This document shows, one piece after another, positions 1-9,709 of a stretch of 64,000 nt of DNA (positions are counted from its first letter, which is position 1; the number at the start of each line of letters is the position of its first letter). The DNA lies in NCBI RefSeq assembly GCF_004353825.1, contig NZ_SMNA01000005.1, positions 1 through 64,000 of the forward strand, written 5' to 3'. A program made the position numbers and the translations under genes. Source of the stretch: Occultella glacieicola (lineage in GTDB: Bacteria > Actinomycetota > Actinomycetes > Actinomycetales > Beutenbergiaceae). The notes under the pieces are model-generated. The model worked only from the letters and a program-made list of their open reading frames with translations. It had not been told where the DNA came from and ran no database searches.

Positions 1-480
1 GTGGGACGGTTCGCTCAGGTGCTCGCGGAGGCAGGGCTCCGGCTGGCGGTCGTCGACGAGACGGGACGGGAGGTCGAGCCGGTCCCGACCCAGGAGGTCA
101 GGGACAACGGCGGCCGCCGTTTCCCGGCCCACCTGGACGTGGTGCCGCCGGACCACGTGCCCTCACACCGGATGTCCCGGCCACGATATGACCGGATGCC
201 GGCCGCCGCCTGGTACCACCACCGATCGATGCGGGACTGCTTCCGCGCAGTCCGCACCGGGGACCTCGACCACCCCACGGTGGCCGAGCTGGCCCGGCGC
301 CGCTGGCTCCTCATCAATCACCGGAGGGCGGCACACACGATCCGGATCGCAGAGCGCAGGCTTCGCATCGCGGCCACCGGGGCCTGGACGGCCGGGACGT
401 CCGCCGCGATCCTCGAGTACCGGCACGGCCTCGCGCTTCGCTCGGCGAACTCCCTGCGGGCCCGACCGGCCGTGCTCTGA
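1..480 (+). CDS. Hypothetical protein, probably 5'-truncated by the window edge; resembles the C-terminal part of actinobacterial HTH/XRE-like proteins
   Basis: ORF runs from base 1; contains RDxxGRRFPAHLD, a motif I recall from such proteins. Confidence 0.45.
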   Translation: MGRFAQVLAEAGLRLAVVDETGREVEPVPTQEVRDNGGRRFPAHLDVVPPDHVPSHRMSRPRYDRMPAAAWYHHRSMRDCFRAVRTGDLDHPTVAELARRRWLLINHRRAAHTIRIAERRLRIAATGAWTAGTSAAILEYRHGLALRSANSLRARPAVL

Positions 481-549
481 CCGAGCGGCTGAGGCAGCCA
501 TGGACCGACCGGACGCGCGCGGTCGGCGCGGTAGTGCTAAACCCGATCC

Positions 550-1065
550 ATGAGCGAACGCTCAACCCTCGAGGATGTCCGCCCGCTGGGCGACGGCCCG
601 CGATCGGTGTTGGCCCGCCGGATCGGGACGGTTGCCCTGGCGCTGGTGCTGCTGGCCGCACTCGGCGGGTTCCTCGGCAACCGGGTGACGACCGAGTCGG
701 CGCCGGCGCAGGGCTACACGCTCACGGTGACCGCCGCGACGACCGCGCGGCCTGGGCAGGACGTGCCGTGGCAGGTGCGGGTGACCAACCCGGAGGGCTT
801 CGGTCCCGAGATCACCATCGCCGTGACGGCCGCCTACCTCGAGATCTACGAGACCCAGGGCTTTCACCCCGAACCCAGCGAGACCACGCGCGACGGTGAG
901 TGGCTCTACCTGACCTTCGATGCGCCGTCGGGCAGCACGTTCGTGCTGGACTACGACGCCTACATCCAGCCGAACGCGAACCTCGGCCGCAGCGGTGCGG
1001 TGGCGCTCGTGGTGGACGACGCCCGGATCGCCGAGGTGCCGATCCGCACCGTCCTGTTCCCCTGA
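550..1065 (+). CDS. Hypothetical membrane-anchored protein
   Basis: 171-aa ORF with one N-terminal hydrophobic segment then a beta-rich domain; directly upstream of the DUF421 gene. Confidence 0.7.
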   Translation: MSERSTLEDVRPLGDGPRSVLARRIGTVALALVLLAALGGFLGNRVTTESAPAQGYTLTVTAATTARPGQDVPWQVRVTNPEGFGPEITIAVTAAYLEIYETQGFHPEPSETTRDGEWLYLTFDAPSGSTFVLDYDAYIQPNANLGRSGAVALVVDDARIAEVPIRTVLFP

Positions 1066-1099
1066 CCCCCTCCCGACGCAGCAGAAGGAGCCCTTCGAA

Positions 1100-1579
1100 G
1101 TGGACATCGTGATCCGGGCCGCCGTCATCTTCGTCTTCCTGTGGTTCATCACCCGGGTGGTGGGCCGCTCGACCCTCGGCGAACTGAGCTCGTTCCAGCT
1201 GATCGTGTTCATCACGATGGGCGACCTCGTGCAACAGGCCGTCACCCAGCAGGACTACTCGGTGACCGCCGCGGTGCTCGCCGTGGGCACGTTCGCGATC
1301 CTGACCATCGCGATCTCCTGGGTGAACGCCCGGTGGCGCAAGGCGGCGCGGGTCACGCACGGCGTGCCGGTAGTGGTGTTCGCCGACGGCGAGCCGGCCA
1401 TGCCGCAAATGCGCCGCGAACGGCTCAGCCTCGACGACTTCATGGCGGCCGCACGTGGTCAGGGCATCACCTCGTTCGCCGAGATCCGGCTGGCGGTCCT
1501 CGAATCCAACGGCCAGCTCTCGTTCTTCACGAACGAGGGCGCCACGCAGGGCGCCCCCGAGGAACCGGAGCCTGGCTGA
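1100..1579 (+). CDS. DUF421/YetF-family membrane protein
   Basis: GTG at 1100 after AAGGAG; three hydrophobic segments; motifs [16 protein letters not shown] and [10 protein letters not shown]. Confidence 0.85.
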   Translation: MDIVIRAAVIFVFLWFITRVVGRSTLGELSSFQLIVFITMGDLVQQAVTQQDYSVTAAVLAVGTFAILTIAISWVNARWRKAARVTHGVPVVVFADGEPAMPQMRRERLSLDDFMAAARGQGITSFAEIRLAVLESNGQLSFFTNEGATQGAPEEPEPG

Positions 1580-1600
1580 CCCCTTGGCGCTCACCCCCGC

Positions 1601-1617
1601 TTGTAGGAAACCCACAA
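1601..1617. promoter_or_regulatory. Palindromic operator TTGTAG-N5-CCACAA upstream of the carboxyltransferase gene
   Basis: TTGTAGGAAACCCACAA; identical arms recur at 12359-12375. Confidence 0.65.
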
Positions 1618-1665
1618 CCGATCCGGCATCCGACACGTCGGCTCCCCGAACCGCGTTGGCGAACA

Positions 1666-3282
1666 GTGACAACTACAGTGCCTGATGTGACTTCTTCCGA
1701 CGCCCCCGAGCTGACCACCACCGCCGGCAAGATCGCCGACCTCGACGCCCGGCACGAGCAGGGTCCGCAGGCACTGGCGGCCCTCGCGTCGCAGAAGCAG
1801 GCCGCCCGGGGCAAGCGCTCGGCGCGGGAGCGGATCGAGAGCCTGTTGGACGAGGGCAGCTTCGTCGAACTCGACGCGTTCGCGACCCACCGCTCCAGCA
1901 ACTTCGGACTCGACAAGAAGAAGATCCCCGGCGACGGCGTCGTGGTCGGGTACGGCACCATCGACGGCCGGCAGGTGTGCCTCTACTCCCAGGACTTCTC
2001 CGTGTTCGGCGGTTCCCTCGGCGAGGTGCACGGCCAGAAGATCACGAAGGTGATGGACCTCGCCCTGCGCACCGGGGTGCCGCTGATCGGGATCTCGGAC
2101 GGCGGCGGCGCCCGGATCCAGGAGGGTGTCGCGGCGCTGACCCAGTTCGCCGAGATCTTCCGCCGCAACGTGGCCGCGTCCGGGGTGATCCCACAGATCT
2201 CGCTGATCCTCGGCCCGAGCGCCGGTGGTGCGGTCTACTCCCCCGCGCTCACCGACTTCATCGTGATGGCGGACCAGACCTCGAACATGTTCATCACCGG
2301 GCCGGACGTGATCCGCGCGGTCACCGGCGAGGACGTCGGGTTCGAGGAGCTCGGCGGCGCACACACCCACAACGAGCGCTCCGGGGTGGCCCACTACCTC
2401 GCCGCGGACGAGGACGACGCCTACGACTACGTGAAGGCGCTTCTGCACTACCTGCCCACGAACAACCTCACCGACCCGGAGACCTACCCGGTCGAGGCCG
2501 ACCTCGAGGTCGGCGACGCCGACATCGAGTTGGACACGCTGATCCCGGACTCCGACAACCAGCCCTACGACATGCGCACCGTCGTCGAGCACGTCCTCGA
2601 CGACGAGGAGTTCCTCGAGGTCCAGGCCCTGTACGCGCGCAACGTGATCGTCGGCTTCGGGCACGTCGAGGGCCACCCCGTCGGGATCGTCGCGAACCAG
2701 CCGCAGACCATGGCCGGCACGCTGGACATCAACGCCGCCGAGAAGGCGGCCCGGTTCGTGCGCACCTGCGACGCATTCAACATCCCGGTGCTCACGTTCG
2801 TGGACGTGCCCGGTTTCCTGCCCGGGACCGACCAGGAGTGGAACGGCATCATCCGTCGCGGCGCCAAGCTCATCTTCGCCTACGCCGAGGCCACCGTGCC
2901 GCTGATCACGGTGATCACGCGCAAGGCCTACGGCGGTGCGTACATCGTGATGGGCTCCAAGCAACTGGGCGCGGACATCAACCTGGCCTGGCCGACGGCG
3001 CAGATCGCCGTCATGGGCGCCAGTGGTGCGGTGAACATCCTCCAGCGCGGGGCCCTCAAGAAGGTGGCCGACGACGGCGGGGACGTCGAGGCCGAGCGGG
3101 CCCGGCTGGTCGCCGAGTACGAGGAGGCGATCGTGAACCCGTGGGACGCCGCCCAGCGCGGCTATGTCGACGCGGTCATCGCACCGTCCGAGACCCGAAC
3201 CCAGATCGTGCGCGGGCTGCGGGCGCTGCGGACGAAACGGGCGTCGCTGCCCGCCAAGAAGCACGGGAACATCCCGCTGTGA
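1666..3282 (+). CDS. accD: Acyl-CoA carboxylase carboxyltransferase (beta) subunit, AccD5/PccB type
   Basis: [24 protein letters not shown] and terminal KKHGNIPL motifs; start approximate (GTG at 1666, 1678 or 1687). Confidence 0.95.
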   Translation: MTTTVPDVTSSDAPELTTTAGKIADLDARHEQGPQALAALASQKQAARGKRSARERIESLLDEGSFVELDAFATHRSSNFGLDKKKIPGDGVVVGYGTIDGRQVCLYSQDFSVFGGSLGEVHGQKITKVMDLALRTGVPLIGISDGGGARIQEGVAALTQFAEIFRRNVAASGVIPQISLILGPSAGGAVYSPALTDFIVMADQTSNMFITGPDVIRAVTGEDVGFEELGGAHTHNERSGVAHYLAADEDDAYDYVKALLHYLPTNNLTDPETYPVEADLEVGDADIELDTLIPDSDNQPYDMRTVVEHVLDDEEFLEVQALYARNVIVGFGHVEGHPVGIVANQPQTMAGTLDINAAEKAARFVRTCDAFNIPVLTFVDVPGFLPGTDQEWNGIIRRGAKLIFAYAEATVPLITVITRKAYGGAYIVMGSKQLGADINLAWPTAQIAVMGASGAVNILQRGALKKVADDGGDVEAERARLVAEYEEAIVNPWDAAQRGYVDAVIAPSETRTQIVRGLRALRTKRASLPAKKHGNIPL

Positions 3283-3536
3283 GCACGACCAACGGGAACG
3301 GCTCCTACGCGGCCGTCGGCGAGGTGCCCGACGACGTGGTGAGGGTCATGCGCGGCGAGCCCGACGATGTCGAGTTGGCCGCCCTGGTGGCCGGGATCCT
3401 GGCCGCCCGCGCCGGCACCCCGGACGACATCGACGACGGCACGCAGACCTCCGCATGGCGCGATCCCGGTCACCGGCTCGGCCTGCCCGCCCGCCCCGGC
3501 CGGGCCGCATGGCGGTGGAGCGCGCACGGGTCCTGA
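3279..3536 (+). CDS. accE: Acyl-CoA carboxylase epsilon subunit
   Basis: GTGA overlap with the beta-subunit stop; [18 protein letters not shown] and C-terminal AWRWS pattern. Confidence 0.85.
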   Translation: MSTTNGNGSYAAVGEVPDDVVRVMRGEPDDVELAALVAGILAARAGTPDDIDDGTQTSAWRDPGHRLGLPARPGRAAWRWSAHGS

Positions 3537-3607
3537 CGCACCCGGGCAGCCCGAGCACCCTGCCCGAGCGCCCTGCCCGACGGCGCCACTCGCCGCCCCG
3601 GGCCGGT

Positions 3608-4444
3608 TCAGGCCCCGAACGCCGCGAGCACGTCCCGCGCGAGACCGATCCGCCGCACCCGGTCCTGGGCGCCGGTGCCGTCCGGCGCGGAGATCACGAC
3701 CCGGGCACCGTCGGAGGCCACCGTGAGCGGCGCATCCAGGTGACCGACGAGCGCCCCGAGCAGGCGCGCGACCACGGGTGCCACGAGCGGGAGGTCGGCA
3801 GCCGGGGCCATCAGGGTCACCTTCGCGGGCAGCCCCGACCCCGGCTGCAGGGTCATCGCGCGGGCGTCCACGATGCCCGGGAACGGCTCCCAGCGGTCGA
3901 ACCCGCGATCGGCGTCTACCCCGGCCGCGAACACCGGCAACGGCGCTCGGGCGGCCAGCGCCACGAGCTCACGGCGGGCCTCGCCGTAGGCGTTCACCCG
4001 ATGCAGCGGTTCCTCGCTGCGCCAGGACTCGACGCGCGCGTCCCGACCCTCGACGTGGCCGGCCATCGCCCGTCGTGGCCCGACGAGCCGATGCCGGCGC
4101 GGCAGGGCGAGCGGCACGAGCGCCGGATCGACCGTCTCCTGAGGCACCAGGTGCCAACCGTTCGCCTCCGCCCAGACCGCCCATTCGCCGTCGTACGCCT
4201 GCTCGTCGGCGAGCGCCCGGGACTCGGCGAGGCGGGTGTACAAAGTGGCCCCGGCACCGAACGCGACCAGGAGCAGCACCACGACGAGGACGGTGGTCCA
4301 GGGCTGCCCGAGCCGCGAGAGTGCGCCCGTGGCCGCCAGCAGGAACAGGACCAGCAGCGGCGCCAGGATGGCGCCGACCACGACCGGCAGGCCGCGTCGG
4401 CGCCGGTCGTGCTGCGGGCGACCCGACGGCGTCGACCCGCTCAT
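3608..4444 (-). CDS. Hypothetical membrane protein, last gene of the T7SS-substrate-like operon
   Basis: ATGA overlap with the upstream gene at 4441-4444; two N-terminal hydrophobic segments followed by a soluble domain. Confidence 0.7.
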   Translation of the reverse strand: MSGSTPSGRPQHDRRRRGLPVVVGAILAPLLVLFLLAATGALSRLGQPWTTVLVVVLLLVAFGAGATLYTRLAESRALADEQAYDGEWAVWAEANGWHLVPQETVDPALVPLALPRRHRLVGPRRAMAGHVEGRDARVESWRSEEPLHRVNAYGEARRELVALAARAPLPVFAAGVDADRGFDRWEPFPGIVDARAMTLQPGSGLPAKVTLMAPAADLPLVAPVVARLLGALVGHLDAPLTVASDGARVVISAPDGTGAQDRVRRIGLARDVLAAFGA

Positions 4445-4836
4445 TCGGGAGGTGCGTCGAAGATCCGCGCCGGCAGCCCGTTCCGGTAGGTGCCCTGCAA
4501 CTGCTCCCGGAGTTCGGGCGAGTCGCCGAGCTCGTCCGCGGCGATCTCCTCGACCTGCGCCGCCAGCCGGCGCAGCGCGTCGTCGTGCGCTCGCATCAGG
4601 CTCAGGTTCAGCGCCAGCGGCGAGGACCGGGTGGCGGCCTCGGTGAACTCGACGTCCTGGATCAGCCCGGTCGAGTCGATCACGACCTTGACGTCCCGCT
4701 GCGGCGACCACGACTCGATCCGGACCCCACCGAGCCGGTCGTTGGCGCTGCGCATGGCGCCGGCCCGGTCGGTGGCCAGGGCGGTCAGCGCCCGGAGCTG
4801 TCGCACCGACTCCTCGTAACCCGCTTGCCAGGACAT
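4441..4836 (-). CDS. YbaB/EbfC-like protein (EspL/EspD-like context)
   Basis: Helix - ESWSPQRDVKVVIDSTGLIQDVEF - helix layout typical of the YbaB fold. Confidence 0.75.
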   Translation of the reverse strand: MSWQAGYEESVRQLRALTALATDRAGAMRSANDRLGGVRIESWSPQRDVKVVIDSTGLIQDVEFTEAATRSSPLALNLSLMRAHDDALRRLAAQVEEIAADELGDSPELREQLQGTYRNGLPARIFDAPPE

Positions 4837-5696
4837 CAGTCCGTCGCCTCCTGTACGCCGCCGTAGCCGGCATTACCCAGTCCCGCGATGCCCGGGATGA
4901 TGTCGCCGAGCTGTGGACCACCGGAGTTCAGGACCGTCTCCAGCTTCTTCAGCGACGGCACCAGTTCGGTCAGGGTCCCGTCGAGGCTCTGGACCAGGGT
5001 GGCGAACTTCTCGATCGCCGCCGTGACCTTCTCGATCCAGTCCGCTGCCCTGGTGCTCCACTTCGCGATCGTGGTCGCAGCCTGCGCCCCGATCCAGGCC
5101 AGGCCGATCCCGACCGTGGCGAGGCACTCGACCACCCACGAGATGAGCTTGCCGACCAGATCCGCGATCAGGTCACGGACGATCGCACGGACCGCTGCGA
5201 CGATGCCGCTCGCGACCGCGAACCCGACACTGAGCCCGGTCGCGACGCCCGCCATCGACGAGATCGTGCCGCTGGTGATGTTCGCAACCTGGCGGTAGGT
5301 GTCCGCCGTGGCGCCGATCCATGGCTCGAGCGCGGCCTGGACGGCGGCATCGAAGTCGGCGGCGACGGTGGTCAGGTGGCTGGAGATGTTCGACCAGGTG
5401 TCCGAGATCGCTGTGACCTCGGCCGGGTCGCCGGCCAGGATGTCCAGGAACTCCGGCAGCGGCGGCATGTGGTCCAGCAGGAACCCGGCGACGCTCGAGG
5501 CGAGGGTCGCGATCGGGTCGACCACCGCGGCGGCGAGGTCCGTGACGGACCCCGCGAGCCCGAACAGGGCCCCCGCCCAGTTCCCGTTCTGCACGGACTC
5601 GACGGTGCTGTCGATCGGCCCGACGATCTTCAGGCTCTGGTACCACTCGCCCAGTTCGGGCCGGTCGACCGTGACCGGTGCTACCAGCTCGCTCAC
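4836..5696 (-). CDS. WXG100-like type VII secretion substrate (EspA/EspE-like architecture)
   Basis: GTG at 5696 overlapping the upstream stop; LAGDPAEV..W and W-I-G motifs; long Ala-rich helices and a hydrophobic hairpin. Confidence 0.75.
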   Translation of the reverse strand: MSELVAPVTVDRPELGEWYQSLKIVGPIDSTVESVQNGNWAGALFGLAGSVTDLAAAVVDPIATLASSVAGFLLDHMPPLPEFLDILAGDPAEVTAISDTWSNISSHLTTVAADFDAAVQAALEPWIGATADTYRQVANITSGTISSMAGVATGLSVGFAVASGIVAAVRAIVRDLIADLVGKLISWVVECLATVGIGLAWIGAQAATTIAKWSTRAADWIEKVTAAIEKFATLVQSLDGTLTELVPSLKKLETVLNSGGPQLGDIIPGIAGLGNAGYGGVQEATD

Positions 5697-6010
5697 AGCG
5701 ACTCGATGAACTTCGTGAGCCGGCCCGCCGTGTACTGATCGACGGTGTCGTAGTTGTTCGCGATGGCGGTGAGGGTGGTACCGAGCCCTCCCACCACGCC
5801 CTGCGACCCGGCGATCCCGGCCTGCCCGATGGCCTGCACCGCGTTCGCCGGCGGCGTCAGGAAACTGCACAGGATCCCGAAGGCGTGGGCCGACATCTGC
5901 GTCGCGGTCCCGGCCGCCGACCGAGCCTCCCCGATCCGTGCCGCGATCCCGGCGACGTCGTTCGCGTGCGCCCGCACCGCGTCCGTGTCGACCTCGAGGT
6001 CGAATCCCAT
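5693..6010 (-). CDS. EspC/EspF-like small type VII secretion target
   Basis: 105 aa; LEVDTDAVRAHA start, AFGILCSFL turn motif, YDTVD (YxxxD) secretion-signal-like motif near the C-terminus. Confidence 0.75.
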   Translation of the reverse strand: MGFDLEVDTDAVRAHANDVAGIAARIGEARSAAGTATQMSAHAFGILCSFLTPPANAVQAIGQAGIAGSQGVVGGLGTTLTAIANNYDTVDQYTAGRLTKFIESL

Positions 6011-6012
6011 GC

Positions 6013-6390
6013 TCAGAGCCTCCCGTTGATGATGTCGTCCAGGGCGTCGATCGTGGAGGTGTCCGACAACATGCTCGGGTCGGGTCGTCGCGGCGTCGCG
6101 CCACCGGTGAGGTCGCGCCGCGCGGCGGCGAGTGCGGCCAGCAGGCCCTCGCGCAGTTCCTCCGGAGTGAGGTCGATGATCTGCGGTCCGAACTGGGCGT
6201 CGACGAGCAGTCCCTGCCGGTCCACGGTCGCCTGGACGATGCCGTCGTCCGACTCCCCGATGCCGCGGTCCGGCAGATCCTCACCGGTGAGCGCCGTGGC
6301 CTTCGCCTGCGCGGCTTCGAGCTGGGCCCGGATCCGGGCGCGGACCGCTTCGAGCATCTGGGATTGTGACTCCACCGTACGAGGATGCAT
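6013..6390 (-). CDS. YbaB/EbfC-like protein
   Basis: GESDDGIVQATVDRQGLLVDAQF...LTPEELREGLLAALAAA; start uncertain (6390, 6375 or 6357). Confidence 0.7.
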   Translation of the reverse strand: MHPRTVESQSQMLEAVRARIRAQLEAAQAKATALTGEDLPDRGIGESDDGIVQATVDRQGLLVDAQFGPQIIDLTPEELREGLLAALAAARRDLTGGATPRRPDPSMLSDTSTIDALDDIINGRL

Positions 6391-6535
6391 GACCGCACGG
6401 GCGGCCTCCAAACACGGCCCATGGGGAGAAGTCCCCCCGACCGGGCCGGCACCACCGTGAGGCTCAGCGTGACGCGGTCGACGCCGGCGACGCGGCCCCG
6501 GCCTCCCCGTGCGAGTCCGGGTAGCGTGGGGCCTC

Positions 6536-8218
6536 ATGACCGATGCCCCCAGCCCCCGCACCCCCACGCCGACCGACGCGATCGCGGATGCCTTCGTCGA
6601 CATCCTCGCCGAGCTCAGCCCGATCGCCGCGACCGGGATGGGCATCACCGGCCATGATCACCGGCTCGACGACTTCTCCCCGGCCGGCGAGCAGGCCCAT
6701 GCCGCCGCTGCCCGGAAGGTGCTCGCGGATCTGGCGGACGTCGAGCCCGTCGACGATGTGGACCGGATCACGCAGGCCGCGATGCGGGAGCGCCAGGGGC
6801 TGCTCCTCGAACTCTCGGAGGCGGACGAGAACCTCGCCGACCTCAACGTGATCGCCTCGCCGGTGCAGGGCATCCGCGAGGTGTTCGACCTCATGCCCAC
6901 CGACACGGCCGCGGACTGGGAGACCATCGCGGAGCGGATGCACGCCGTCCCGGCTGCCGTGGACGGCTACATCTCCTCGCTCCGGCTGGCCGCGTCGCGG
7001 GGCTTGGTGGCCGCCGTCCGGCAGGTCACCGAGTGCGTGAAGGAGGCGGACGACCTCGCCGGGGACGCCTCGTTCTGGACCACCTTCGCGACGGGTGCGC
7101 GGCCGGACGACGAGGCGCCGCCGTCCGCCCTCGCCGGCCACCTCGCCGACGGTGCCGCCCAGGCACGAGCGGCGTACGGCACGCTCGCCTCCGCCCTGCG
7201 GGACCTGGCCGGACAGGCCCCGGCGGACGACGCCGTGGGGCGGGAGCGCTATGCGCGGTTCTCGCGCCGCTTCCTCGGCGCCGCGATCGACCTCGACGAG
7301 ACCTACGAGTGGGGCCTGGAGGAGCTCGCCCGGATCGTCGCCGAGCAGGAGCAGGTGGCCGCCCGGATCGGCGGGCCGGGCACGGCCGTGCGGGACGCGA
7401 TGGCCACCCTGAGCGCCGACCCCGCCCGCAAGCTCCACGGCACGGAAGCGCTGCGCGAATGGATGCAGACCACGTCCGACGCCGCACTCGCCGCGCTGGC
7501 GGACACCCAGTTCGACATCCCCGAACCGGTCCGGCGGCTGGAGTGCCGCATCGCTCCGACCCAGTCGGGTGGCATCTACTACACCGGCCCCAGCGAGGAC
7601 TTCTCCCGGCCCGGACGGATGTGGTGGTCGGTCCCGGAGGGCGTGACCGAGTTCGACACCTGGGTCGAGAAGACCACCGTCTACCACGAGGGCGTGCCGG
7701 GTCACCACCTCCAGGTCGGCCAGACCGTGTACCGCTCCGCCCTGCTGAACCGCTGGCGTCGGATGGCCTGCTGGGTCAGCGGTCACGGCGAGGGCTGGGC
7801 CCTCTACGCCGAGCGGCTGATGGCCGACCTCGGCTTCCTCGACGACCCGGGCGACCGGCTGGGCATGCTGGACGGACAGCGGCTGCGCGCAGCCCGCGTG
7901 GTGATCGACCTCGGCGTGCACCTCGGCAAGCCCTGCCCGGACGAGTGGGGCGGCGGCATCTGGGACGCCGAGAAGGCCTGGCCGTTCCTCCAGGCCAACG
8001 CGAACATGGCCGAGGGGTTCCTGCGGTTCGAGCTGAACCGGTACCTTGGCTGGCCCGGACAGGCGCCCGCGTACAAGGTCGGACAGCGGCTCTGGGAACA
8101 GATCCGGGACGAGACCGCGGAGCGCGAGGGCGCGGACTTCGACCTCAAGGCGTTCCACCGGCGCGCCCTGGACGTCGGCTCCGTCGGCCTGGACACCCTG
8201 CGCGAGGCGTTGGTGTGA
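6536..8218 (+). CDS. DUF885 domain protein (putative zincin-type metallopeptidase)
   Basis: YHEGVPGHHLQ and EGWALYAE motifs. Confidence 0.9.
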   Translation: MTDAPSPRTPTPTDAIADAFVDILAELSPIAATGMGITGHDHRLDDFSPAGEQAHAAAARKVLADLADVEPVDDVDRITQAAMRERQGLLLELSEADENLADLNVIASPVQGIREVFDLMPTDTAADWETIAERMHAVPAAVDGYISSLRLAASRGLVAAVRQVTECVKEADDLAGDASFWTTFATGARPDDEAPPSALAGHLADGAAQARAAYGTLASALRDLAGQAPADDAVGRERYARFSRRFLGAAIDLDETYEWGLEELARIVAEQEQVAARIGGPGTAVRDAMATLSADPARKLHGTEALREWMQTTSDAALAALADTQFDIPEPVRRLECRIAPTQSGGIYYTGPSEDFSRPGRMWWSVPEGVTEFDTWVEKTTVYHEGVPGHHLQVGQTVYRSALLNRWRRMACWVSGHGEGWALYAERLMADLGFLDDPGDRLGMLDGQRLRAARVVIDLGVHLGKPCPDEWGGGIWDAEKAWPFLQANANMAEGFLRFELNRYLGWPGQAPAYKVGQRLWEQIRDETAEREGADFDLKAFHRRALDVGSVGLDTLREALV

Positions 8219-9018
8219 CCCGTTCCGACCACGGGTCGGACCTCACGCCCGACGGCGGTGTGACCCCGGCCGGGCCGGAACCGGTCGTGATCGCGGTGTA
8301 CTACCCGACGGCGGAGGGTTTCGACGTGCCGCCGACGGCTGCGGACCTGCAGGACACAGGTCCCGGTCCCTCACTGGCGGCCAGACTGCGGGCGGGCCTG
8401 GCACTCGGCGTGTCCGGGGGCCTCGCCACCGGTGGCCTGATCGGCGGGCTGAACCCCGTCTTCAGCGACGGTCCGGCGGGACTCCTGCTGCTGATCGGGG
8501 CGGTCGGCGTCGTGGGTCTGACGATCGCCTTCCTGCTCAGGTCGCGTGGCGTCCTGGTCCGCCCCGGTTCACTGGCGCTGACGACCCTCGCCGTCACCCT
8601 GCTCGCGTTCGGTGCGATCCTGCTGCTCCTGCGGGACAACACCGGTTGGCTCGTGGTGGTCCTGGGTGGCCTCGCCGCCGTCGTGGCCCTGCGGTACCGC
8701 AACGCCGAGCGCACCGTGGCCACACAGCGGGCGGCCTGGCTGGCGGGCTGGCCCCGCCTGGTGCAGGACCCGCGGTACATGATCGGCAGGGTCAGCGACC
8801 TGACCCTGAAGCACCCGAACGATCAGCACTTCTCGATCTCCGGATCGGTCACCTACCCGGACGCCGGCGGCGTCGAGCACGTCGTCGCGATCCCTGGCGG
8901 TGTGGTGCCCCGCGCCGGTGGTGTCCAGCCGCCGGCCCTGTACGCGCCGGTGGTGGTGTGGCACAGCCCCGACAACTCGGTGGTGCTGCTGCGGTTCTCG
9001 GCCGCGCTCGCTCCGTAG
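8215..9018 (+). CDS. Hypothetical membrane protein
   Basis: GTGA overlap with the DUF885 stop; four hydrophobic segments and a small C-terminal beta domain. Confidence 0.65.
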   Translation: MTRSDHGSDLTPDGGVTPAGPEPVVIAVYYPTAEGFDVPPTAADLQDTGPGPSLAARLRAGLALGVSGGLATGGLIGGLNPVFSDGPAGLLLLIGAVGVVGLTIAFLLRSRGVLVRPGSLALTTLAVTLLAFGAILLLLRDNTGWLVVVLGGLAAVVALRYRNAERTVATQRAAWLAGWPRLVQDPRYMIGRVSDLTLKHPNDQHFSISGSVTYPDAGGVEHVVAIPGGVVPRAGGVQPPALYAPVVVWHSPDNSVVLLRFSAALAP

Positions 9019-9110
9019 CCGCTGGGTCGGGGCACGGCGACAGGGGCACTCCCGGACGGCGTGGGCATCGGCCGGGCGAGGTCGTCGCTGGTGCGGTGAC
9101 CTCGGCTGCG

Positions 9111-9590
9111 TCAGCCTCGTTCGCAGAGCGGTCCGGCCCCGTCGAACTCGGCGCTGTCGGTGCAGGTGCGGTACTCCCAGGTCCGGGACCCGAGCAGGTC
9201 CTGGGTCGCGTCGGTGTAGATCTCGATGCCGTCGATACCGGCTCCCACGCGGTAGTAGGTGATGATCGGGTCTCCCTCGACGGTCGGCCGCTGGACCGCA
9301 GTCTCGGCACCCGGACCGTCCGCGCCACCGGCCGTGTTGAGGCAGGTCACAACGTCGGCGGGCCACTCCGGCTCCCCCTGCTGGAAGACCACGTCACCGC
9401 AGTCGGGCAGGGGCTCGCGATCGCGGAACTGCGCCGGCGCAGCGGCCGAGGTCCTGGAGGTCTCGATCAAGGACTCGCCGGGAGCGGACGAGGAGTAGGG
9501 CGAGTCGAGCGGGGCCGGAGCCGACGTCTCGGTGCTGCAGCCGGCCAGAGCAAGTCCCAGGACGAGAGCGCCACCGCCGAGCCGGTGCAC
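9111..9590 (-). CDS. Putative lipoprotein
   Basis: Lipobox LALAGC; several Cys; TVEGDPIITYYRV and YTDATQD core; start uncertain (9590-9635). Confidence 0.7.
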   Translation of the reverse strand: MHRLGGGALVLGLALAGCSTETSAPAPLDSPYSSSAPGESLIETSRTSAAAPAQFRDREPLPDCGDVVFQQGEPEWPADVVTCLNTAGGADGPGAETAVQRPTVEGDPIITYYRVGAGIDGIEIYTDATQDLLGSRTWEYRTCTDSAEFDGAGPLCERG

Positions 9591-9709
9591 AAGTTCGGCC
9601 ACACCCCGGACCGCGGGTTCGACCACGACGCCCACCTCCGCTCAGCCTGCCCCGAACCGCTGGGACGGCGGCAACGGGCTTCCTCCGACGAGCCCGCGCC
9701 GACGAGCCG

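Noticed and set aside
4836..6455. 539-aa ORF as a single gene
   Set aside because: Its upstream half overlaps two better-supported genes on the same strand; the true start is most likely GTG 5696
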